This document shows positions 10,159 to 16,653 of a DNA stretch of 64,000 nt, in pieces (position 1 is the stretch's first letter; each line of letters opens with the position of its first letter). The position numbers and the translations under genes are program-made. Source of the DNA: Candidatus Krumholzibacteriia bacterium (GTDB lineage: Bacteria; Krumholzibacteriota; Krumholzibacteriia; LZORAL124-64-63); NCBI GenBank assembly GCA_050174015.1, contig JBFXKG010000008.1:128001-192000 (forward strand), given 5' to 3'. The notes under the pieces were generated by a model that did not search any database, was not told the DNA's origin, and saw only the letters and a program-made list of their open reading frames with translations.

Positions 10159-10252
10159 TGGCGGAGGATGAGGGAATCGAACCCCCCGCTGCCGCTACAG
10201 CGGGCCTTGGGATGTAAAGCCCCGCAAGGTCGCCAGACCACGGTCATCCTCC
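10159..10252 (-). tRNA. Allo-tRNA-like (9/3 or 8/4) Ser/Sec-type tRNA, probable UUA anticodon
   Basis: Acceptor GGAGGATGA/TCATCCTCC + G + CCA; T arm GGG TTCGATT CCC; D arm GGTC TGGC GACC; anticodon arm GGGG CT[TTA]CA TCCC; V arm CCGCTG/CAGCGG. Confidence 0.75.
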
Positions 10253-10261
10253 GCCATACTT

Positions 10262-10705
10262 CTAAATACTCAGTTCTCCGTCGTTGTGCCTCACAGATCC
10301 AGCGAGGCAGTACTCAAACCTGTTCTTCTTCCCCTTGATTGCCCTCCTTGCAGCTAGGCCCTTTTTGACCGCTCGATGGAGGGCAGCAGCCAGGGCAGAC
10401 TTGGTTGTCCGATCCTGGATGTCCATTCCGTTCTGCCCAAGCCATGCAAGGGCCTCAGCCGTAGAATACCAGCGGCCGGGATTAGCCTGCAGGAACCAAT
10501 CAATTGCCTTTTGCGGAGACAGATCACCTAGACTACCATCATCTGGAGCGATGGATGCCCTCTTGACGGACTCAACCCCCAATAGGGATAGAGAGCGATC
10601 AATGGCCTCAAGGTCAGATTGGAGCGTTTTGATTTTTTCCGATAAACTTTTCTTATATGCTAGAAGCCCGGCAATCGCTGCTTTCCGATCGATTTCTTGG
10701 TCCAT
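10262..10705 (-). CDS. IS passenger protein, N-terminal coiled coil and probable C-terminal winged HTH
   Basis: GGAGGTG RBS before ATG 10705; heptad-like KKSLSEKIKTLQSDLEAID; helix-turn-helix-wing-like C-terminus; stop 9 nt before first tRNA. Confidence 0.7.
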   Translation of the reverse strand: MDQEIDRKAAIAGLLAYKKSLSEKIKTLQSDLEAIDRSLSLLGVESVKRASIAPDDGSLGDLSPQKAIDWFLQANPGRWYSTAEALAWLGQNGMDIQDRTTKSALAAALHRAVKKGLAARRAIKGKKNRFEYCLAGSVRHNDGELSI

Positions 10706-10733
10706 GTCACCTCCTATGGCAGGATTCGGTGGA

Positions 10734-10762
10734 AACATAATACCTCGACCGCGCGCTGTCAA
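10734..10762 (-). promoter_or_regulatory. sigma70-like promoter for passenger ORF-tRNA operon
   Basis: TTGACA-N17-TATGTT on minus strand. Confidence 0.55.
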
Positions 10763-10807
10763 GCCGAAAAATGCGCTTTTGCTGTCGCTGCGGCTTCGAC
10801 ACTACAC

Positions 10808-10835
10808 ACTGTAGTAAAGAGCCAAACATTGTCAA
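10808..10835 (-). promoter_or_regulatory. Second sigma70-like promoter upstream of passenger operon
   Basis: TTGACA-N16-TACAGT on minus strand. Confidence 0.45.
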
Positions 10836-10846
10836 GGGAGAAGATC

Positions 10847-11005
10847 GTGACAAAGGATGGTGGTAAGGGGGGCGCTAAAAGCAGGCCAGGCCCCAAGCCC
10901 GAGCGCGTGAAAATCAACGATGATTGGGAGAAGGCTGTCAAGAAGGCGCTGAAATCCCCGCCCCCACCCAAGAAGGGCAAGGACGGGGAGAAGAAGGGCA
11001 AGTAG
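10847..11005 (+). CDS. Small Lys/Pro-rich IS passenger protein (52 aa)
   Basis: GGGAG RBS before GTG; RPGPKPERVKINDDWEKAVKKAL. Confidence 0.55.
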   Translation: MTKDGGKGGAKSRPGPKPERVKINDDWEKAVKKALKSPPPPKKGKDGEKKGK

Positions 11006-11048
11006 TGGCCACAAAACGACCTGACGTTAATCTATTGCCTGTCTTTGC

Positions 11049-11071
11049 TTTGCGTTAAGTCTACAACGTCC
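11049..11071 (-). repeat. Right terminal inverted repeat of the IS
   Basis: Pairs with 8811-8833. Confidence 0.8.
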
Positions 11072-11078
11072 TTTGTAG

Positions 11079-11107
11079 TTGACAAAAAGTTCGGTATGGC
11101 GTACAAT
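11079..11107 (+). promoter_or_regulatory. Near-consensus sigma70 promoter, probably leaderless transcript
   Basis: TTGACA-N17-TACAAT, then 6 nt, then the ATG at 11114. Confidence 0.7.
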
Positions 11108-11113
11108 TCGGGC

Positions 11114-11332
11114 ATGAAACTCATCAATCACATCAAGCAGCACCGCGCCCGCCTGGACCTGACCCAGGAGGATCTGGCCCGGAGGGTGGGGGTGCGGCGC
11201 CAGACCATCCTGGCGGTCGAGAAGGGGAAGTACGTGCCCTCGGCCCTGCTGGCCTTCCAGCTTGCGCGGGCCCTGGAAATGCAGGTCACCGAGCTGTTCG
11301 TGCTCGACGAGGAGGGAGAAGCCGATGAATGA
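11114..11332 (+). CDS. Cro/C1-type (XRE) HTH transcriptional regulator
   Basis: LTQEDLARRVGVRRQTILAVEKGKYVPS. Confidence 0.92.
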   Translation: MKLINHIKQHRARLDLTQEDLARRVGVRRQTILAVEKGKYVPSALLAFQLARALEMQVTELFVLDEEGEADE

Positions 11333-12038
11333 TTCGCTGCCGAGACGACTGCCGTCGGCCGACTGGATCGCCTTCGGGATTGGCCTGGGTGCCCTGGTGG
11401 CCAGTTTCATCTTCCCTCCCTTGATCATGCTGGTGGGGATCGCCGTCTTCGCCCCTTCGGTCCTGAGGGAGGTGGGGCTGCTGAAGGACGCCGATGAGTG
11501 GACCCGGAGCGTCATGCACCGCGCCGGTTTCCACGCCCTGCTGGTCGCCGCCCTGTTCATCGGCCTCGAGTACGCGGCCCCCTCCTTCCATGCGGACGTG
11601 CCTTCCAACGGGTTCACCCCCGAGGCGGTCTTCGGCGGCGAGACCCTGCGCAAGGGGGTCATCTGGACCTTCCTGATCAGCTACCTGATCCAGTACTGGG
11701 GTGCGCGCACGGGGGTGTTCCGGATCCTGCTCGGGGCGGCTGTCCTGAACGTGGCGCCGATCCTCGGTTTCCTGCGGACAGGCGGGGACCTGAAGGGACT
11801 GTTCATCCTGGTGGCGTTCGGCGTTGCGGCGGGCTTCGTCGGGTTGGCGTTCCTCGCGCGCCGCCTGCCCCGAGCCGGGGGCGGGGTGCTGGCCGCCCTG
11901 TGCGTGGCGGCCTTCGCCTTCGCGGTGAGGAACATGGGCGATCCGACTTTCGCCTGGGCCCAGGTTTCCCTCATCTTCCAGGCCTTCCTGGTGCTGGGAG
12001 TCTCCGGTATCGCCTTGCTGCGGGATTCGTCGTCCTGA
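11325..12038 (+). CDS. Multi-pass membrane protein, coupled to XRE regulator
   Basis: Overlapping start, GGAG RBS, 7-8 hydrophobic segments, DEW motif. Confidence 0.8.
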   Translation: MNDSLPRRLPSADWIAFGIGLGALVASFIFPPLIMLVGIAVFAPSVLREVGLLKDADEWTRSVMHRAGFHALLVAALFIGLEYAAPSFHADVPSNGFTPEAVFGGETLRKGVIWTFLISYLIQYWGARTGVFRILLGAAVLNVAPILGFLRTGGDLKGLFILVAFGVAAGFVGLAFLARRLPRAGGGVLAALCVAAFAFAVRNMGDPTFAWAQVSLIFQAFLVLGVSGIALLRDSSS

Positions 12039-12064
12039 GGGTATCGCCAGAGCAAGGACTGGAA

Positions 12065-12099
12065 AAGCAAGGGGCCCGACAGGCGGGCCCCTCTTGCTT
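12065..12099. terminator. Hairpin between convergent genes
   Basis: AAGCAAGGGGCCCG...CGGGCCCCTCTTGCTT. Confidence 0.65.
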
Positions 12100-12117
12100 C
12101 GATCATACATGGCGGGA

Positions 12118-13119
12118 TCAGCCGATGCTGTCCATCAGATCCAGCAGATCCACCACGCGGTTCGAGTAGCCCCACTCGTTGTCGTACCACGACAGCGTCT
12201 TGAGCAGGTTGCCCTCGATGACCGAGGTGTACTCGGCGTCGAAGATGCTCGAGTGGGGATCGCCCACGATGTCGCTGCTGACCAGGGGCTCGTCGGCGTA
12301 GCGCAGGATCCGGCGCAGCCGATCGGAATTCGCGTGGTCGCGGACGGCTTCACGGACCTGCTCCACGGTCACGTCCCGGGACATCACGGTCACCAGATCG
12401 ACCACCGAACCGTCGGGCACGGGGACGCGCATGGCCATGCCGTCCAGCTTGCCCGCCAGATGGGGCATGACCTTGCCCACGGCGCGGGCCGCGCCCGTGG
12501 TGGTGGGGATGGTGTTCTCGGCGGCCGCGCGGGACCGGCGCCAGTCGCTGTGGGGCACGTCGGCCAGGCGCTGGTCGTTGGTGTACGCGTGGACCGTGGT
12601 CATCAGCCCGTGTTCGATGCCGAACTCCTTGTCCAGCACGTAGGCCAGGGGCGCCAGGCAGTTGGTGGTGCAGGAGGCGTTGGAGACGATCTTGTGCTCC
12701 GGCTTGAGGTCGTCCTGGTTCACGCCCAGGACGATCGTGGCGTCGATCTCGTCCTTGGAAGGGACGGTCAGCAGGACCTTCCGCGCGCCGGCCTCCAGGT
12801 GCATGGCGATCTCCGAGCGCTTGCGGAAACGGCCCGTGGCCTCGACGACGAAGTCGATGCCCAGTTCCTTCCAGGGCAGCTCCAGCGGGTTGGGGATCTC
12901 GGTCATCTTCACCCGCTGGTGCCGGGTGACCATGACGTCGCCTTCCATGTTGGCGACCCCCTGGAAGGGGCCCATGATCGTGTCGTGCCTCAGCAGGTAG
13001 GCCAGGGCGTCGGAGTCGGCCAGGTCGTTGATGGCCACGACCTCGACGCCTTCCCTGCTGTTCAGGAGACGGAACACCGACCGGCCGATGCGGCCGAATC
13101 CGTTGATGGCGATCCTCAT
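12118..13119 (-). CDS. gap: Type I glyceraldehyde-3-phosphate dehydrogenase
   Basis: INGFGRIGR, SNASCTTNCLAP, TVHAYT, WYDNEWGYS. Confidence 0.95.
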   Translation of the reverse strand: MRIAINGFGRIGRSVFRLLNSREGVEVVAINDLADSDALAYLLRHDTIMGPFQGVANMEGDVMVTRHQRVKMTEIPNPLELPWKELGIDFVVEATGRFRKRSEIAMHLEAGARKVLLTVPSKDEIDATIVLGVNQDDLKPEHKIVSNASCTTNCLAPLAYVLDKEFGIEHGLMTTVHAYTNDQRLADVPHSDWRRSRAAAENTIPTTTGAARAVGKVMPHLAGKLDGMAMRVPVPDGSVVDLVTVMSRDVTVEQVREAVRDHANSDRLRRILRYADEPLVSSDIVGDPHSSIFDAEYTSVIEGNLLKTLSWYDNEWGYSNRVVDLLDLMDSIG

Positions 13120-14141
13120 GAGCGCACCTCCTTGGCGGCGATCAGCCCGGCGACCTTGCGCGCGGTTTCGAGCAGGCGGTACGCGTAGGCCCAGCCGTTG
13201 TCGTACCAGATGATGCTCTTGATCAGCCCGTTGTTCAGCGAGAGGGTGGCCTGGGCGTCGATCACGCCGGAGCAGGAGTTGCCGATCACGTCGCTGGATA
13301 CGATGGGCTCTTCGGTGTAGCCGAGCAGGCCCTTGTACTTGCCCTCGGCGGCCTCGGCGAAGATCGCGTTGTATTCCGGGGCGGTGAGGGGCTTGTCCAG
13401 TTCGACCACCAGGTCGATGTTCGAACCGGCGGGCACCGGAACGTTCAGCGCCATCCCGTTGACCTTGCCCTTGAGATCGGGCATCAGCTCCATGACGGCG
13501 CCGGCCGCCCAGCTGGTGTTGGGGATGATGTTCTGGGCGGCCGAACGGCTCCAGCGCAGGCCGCCGGCTGCGGTGTCGCTCAGCTGCTGGTCGTTGGTGT
13601 AGGCGTGCACCGTGGTCATGGTGGCCCGCTTGACCCCGACCTTCTCCTGGAGGACCTTCAGGGTCAAGGCCAGGGCGTGGCAGCTGCTGCTGCCGTTGCT
13701 GATGAGGCGATGCTCGGCGGTCAGATCCTCGTCGTTGACGCCGTTGATGATCAGCTTGTCGATGGAACCCTTGGAGGGAGTGGACAGGATGACGGCCTTG
13801 GCGCCGGCGTCGATGTGGCGCTGCAGCTCCTCCCGGGTGCGGAACATGCCCGTGGATTCGATGACGATGTCCACGCCCAGGACGTCCCAGGGAACGTGGC
13901 CGGGCTTGGAGCCCTGAAGGACCCGCATGCGCTGGTTCTCGGTGACGAGGTAATGACCCTCGGTGCGCAGGGCGCTGCGGAACGGACCCTCGACGGTGGA
14001 ACTCTTCAGCAGGTAGGCCAGCGTCTCGATGTCGGCGATGTCGCTGGCCGCCGCGAAGTTCACGTCGGGTTGATCGTGGGCGATCCGGAACATGTTTCGT
14101 CCCAGCTTTCCGAATCCCATGATTCCCAGATTCACGGACAT
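13116..14141 (-). CDS. GAPDH paralogue lacking the catalytic cysteine
   Basis: GFGKLGR, ESTG, TVHAYTNDQ, WYDNGWAY, but SNGSSSCHALA in place of SNASCTTNCLA. Confidence 0.9.
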   Translation of the reverse strand: MSVNLGIMGFGKLGRNMFRIAHDQPDVNFAAASDIADIETLAYLLKSSTVEGPFRSALRTEGHYLVTENQRMRVLQGSKPGHVPWDVLGVDIVIESTGMFRTREELQRHIDAGAKAVILSTPSKGSIDKLIINGVNDEDLTAEHRLISNGSSSCHALALTLKVLQEKVGVKRATMTTVHAYTNDQQLSDTAAGGLRWSRSAAQNIIPNTSWAAGAVMELMPDLKGKVNGMALNVPVPAGSNIDLVVELDKPLTAPEYNAIFAEAAEGKYKGLLGYTEEPIVSSDVIGNSCSGVIDAQATLSLNNGLIKSIIWYDNGWAYAYRLLETARKVAGLIAAKEVRS

Positions 14142-14526
14142 GACGACCTTCCTTGGTTCCCGGTGGAATGGATTTCAACCCGGGGATGATATTCGGGGGC
14201 TCCGGCATTCTCAAGACAATCCCCGGCCGGGCCCGGATGGAATCAAGTTAGGGGAATTCGGGGGATTGGCAAATCATTAACCGGTGACCGGGACAGTTTG
14301 TCCGGTTTCCGAACCAAAAAATCGATTCCAGCCCCCGGCGGGCGAATCCTCCGGAATACGGCACCTGGCCCCCGTTTCCGCGCCATTTTCCGATGGGTGA
14401 AGATAATCGAAAAAAGATCTTGCGATGGATGTATAAAAAATGTTTTATACAAAACATCGACATGCAGTCGACATGGAGAGAGTGAGCCGAAACGACCAAC
14501 CGTCCTTGCCAGTGGAGGGAATAGAA

Positions 14527-15063
14527 ATGAAGAAGACCATCCTCATCCCGACGGCCATGGTGGCCCTGTTCGCCCTGGGCGCCTGCTCGTCCGACAACAG
14601 CCCCTTGTCCGTGGGGACCGAAGTCCAGAACGACACCGCCCGGAGCGGGAACGAAGGCGACGCCCTGCTGAAGTCCGTCGAGGCGATGAACGTGACGACC
14701 GGCGATTTCGACACCCTGATCGCCGGCCTGAAGGCCGAGCGCCTGATCCGGCCCCTGGTCGAGCTGGGCAACACCACGGTGTTCGCCCCGACCGACGCGG
14801 CCTTCGCCGCCCTGGGCCTGGACGAGACCAACGTCGCCGGTCTGGCCGGTCTGCGGAACATCCTGGCCTACCACGTGTCCACCGAACTGCTGTTCGCCGG
14901 GGACGTGCTGGCCCGGGAAAGCATCACCATGGGCAACGGCCAGGACACGGCGATCAGCCTGCGGGACGGCGCGCCCTACATCAACGACAGCATGATCATC
15001 CGGACCGACATCGTGCAGCCGACCGGCGTGATCCACGTGATCGACGCCGTGCTGCTCCCGTAG
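14527..15063 (+). CDS. Fasciclin (FAS1) domain lipoprotein
   Basis: Lipobox LGAC; TVFAPTDAAF, ILAYHV, GVIHVIDAVL. Confidence 0.92.
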   Translation: MKKTILIPTAMVALFALGACSSDNSPLSVGTEVQNDTARSGNEGDALLKSVEAMNVTTGDFDTLIAGLKAERLIRPLVELGNTTVFAPTDAAFAALGLDETNVAGLAGLRNILAYHVSTELLFAGDVLARESITMGNGQDTAISLRDGAPYINDSMIIRTDIVQPTGVIHVIDAVLLP

Positions 15064-15199
15064 GTCGATGATCCCCCGAGCGGCCACGCGCCGCGCATCG
15101 CGGGTCCGCCCTCCAGGCGGGCCCGCGGTGTTTTGAAAATAACGAACCCGTTGCGGATAATTGACTTGCGCCCATTATTGCCGGTTGCCATCTTGCCGC

Positions 15200-15217
15200 A
15201 TGTGAACCGGTTAACAG
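15200..15217 (+). promoter_or_regulatory. Rex-operator-like palindrome before rnfA
   Basis: aTGTGAA-CCGG-TTAACAg vs Rex consensus TTGTGAA-N4-TTCACAA. Confidence 0.4.
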
Positions 15218-15227
15218 GTGGTGTCGC

Positions 15228-15803
15228 ATGGATCTGCTTCTTCTCGTCATCAGCGCCGTCCTGGTCAACAACTTCGTTCTGGCCCGTTTCCTGGGCATCT
15301 GTCCCTTCCTGGGAGTTTCCAAGAAGCTGTCGACCGCCCTGGGCATGACCGGGGCGGTGATGTTCGTGATGACCTTGGCCAGCCTGGCGGCCCATCTGGT
15401 CTACCATCACGTCCTGGCCCCCCTGAACCTCGCCTTCCTGCAGACGATCAGCTTCATCCTGATCATCGCCACCATGGTCCAGCTGGTCGAACTGGCGCTG
15501 CAGAAGCTGAGCCCGCCCCTCTACCGGTCCCTGGGCATCTTCCTGCCCCTGATCACCACGAACTGCGCGGTGCTGGGATGCGCGGTGATGACCGTCCAGA
15601 ACGAATACAGCCTGATCCAGACCCTGGTGTTCGCCATGGCGGCCGCCCTGGGGTTCGGGTTGGCCCTGATCCTTTTCGCAGGGATCAGGGAAGTGCTCGA
15701 CCTTGCCGAAACGCCCCGGGCCTTCCGGGGAACCGCCATCGCCCTGGTCACCGCCGGGGTGCTCTCGATGGCGTTCATGGGATTCGCGGGGCTGGTCAAG
15801 TAG
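15228..15803 (+). CDS. rnfA: Rnf complex subunit A
   Basis: NNFVL..FLGICPF, LPLITTNCAVLG. Confidence 0.95.
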   Translation: MDLLLLVISAVLVNNFVLARFLGICPFLGVSKKLSTALGMTGAVMFVMTLASLAAHLVYHHVLAPLNLAFLQTISFILIIATMVQLVELALQKLSPPLYRSLGIFLPLITTNCAVLGCAVMTVQNEYSLIQTLVFAMAAALGFGLALILFAGIREVLDLAETPRAFRGTAIALVTAGVLSMAFMGFAGLVK

Positions 15804-15828
15804 GCCGGGCCGCCGGAGGGGATGCCGC

Positions 15829-16653
15829 ATGTTCGTGCCGACCGCAGTGCTCGCCGGGATGGGCCTTTGCTCGGGCCTGGGGCTGGCCCTGGCCGCCCGG
15901 TTCTTCGCGGTGGAGACCGACCCCCGGCAGGAACGGGTGGCCGACGCCCTGCCCGGAGCCAATTGCGGCGGTTGCGGCTTCGCCGGCTGCGCGGATTTCG
16001 CCGCGGCCGTGGTCGCCGGCAAGGCCACGCCGGGGGATTGCCCCGTCTGCGACGCCCAGGCCCGGCAGGCCATCGGGACGATCATGGGGATCGAAGTGGA
16101 GGAGGGGGTGCGGCGGGTCGCCCTGGTGATGTGCCAGGGGGACGACGCGGTGGCCAGGCCCTCCTTCCGCTACAACGGCCATGCGAGCTGCGCCAGCAGC
16201 GACCTGCTGGGAGGCGGGGACAAGCTCTGCCTGCACGGCTGCCTGGGGCTGGCCGACTGCCAGGCGGTGTGCACCTTCGGGGCCATCGAGATCACGGACC
16301 TGGGGGTGGCCCGGGTGCTGCCCGAGCGCTGCACCGGTTGCGGGCGCTGCATCGCCGTCTGCCCCAAGCACCTGATCGGCCTCGTGCCCGAGGATGCGAC
16401 GATCCACGTGCTGTGCGTCAACACGGACAAGGGCGGGCCGGCCAGGAAGGCCTGCGACGTGGCCTGCATCGGCTGCCGGAAGTGCGAGAAGGCTTTCACG
16501 GAGGATCCCCGCATCCGGGTCGAGAACAACCTTGCCCGCGTCGATTACAGCCATGCCCCGCATGATCCCGCGCTGGTCGAAGCCTGTCCCACCGGGGCGC
16601 TGGTCTTCCTGGACCTGCGCGGCGGATCGGGCGGTCCCGGAGCAACGCCATGA
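15829..16653 (+). CDS. rnfB: Rnf complex subunit B (polyferredoxin)
   Basis: LPGANCGGCGFAGC, CTGCGRCIAVCP, CIGCRKC. Confidence 0.93.
   Translation: MFVPTAVLAGMGLCSGLGLALAARFFAVETDPRQERVADALPGANCGGCGFAGCADFAAAVVAGKATPGDCPVCDAQARQAIGTIMGIEVEEGVRRVALVMCQGDDAVARPSFRYNGHASCASSDLLGGGDKLCLHGCLGLADCQAVCTFGAIEITDLGVARVLPERCTGCGRCIAVCPKHLIGLVPEDATIHVLCVNTDKGGPARKACDVACIGCRKCEKAFTEDPRIRVENNLARVDYSHAPHDPALVEACPTGALVFLDLRGGSGGPGATP

Larger units (their letters stand above)
8811..11071 (+). mobile_element. IS1595-family element carrying passenger genes (two ORFs, three tRNA genes)
   Basis: Terminal inverted repeats GGACGTTGCAGACTAGGCGCAAA (8811-8833) and reverse complement of 11049-11071 GGACGTTGTAGACTTAACGCAAA (19/23 identical); visibly lower GC than flanks; IS1595 transposase just inside the left end. 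Confidence 0.85.

Noticed and set aside
10159..10252. Calling the third RNA a genuine selC (tRNA-Sec)
   Set aside because: The anticodon is not UCA, the acceptor/T branch is 12 bp rather than the bacterial 13 bp (8/5), and no sel genes are nearby.
9962..10252. tRNAs as integration (att) sites of a genomic island
   Set aside because: They lie inside the IS inverted repeats; no integrase or duplicated tRNA 3' end was seen in the window.
9942..10338. ORFs 9942-10247(-) and 9949-10338(+)
   Set aside because: They are translations of the three tRNA genes, with no RBS or protein-like composition.
12118..14214. 698-aa fused double GAPDH or frameshift
   Set aside because: Two separate genes with an ATGA overlap and an own RBS (GGAGGT) for the second.
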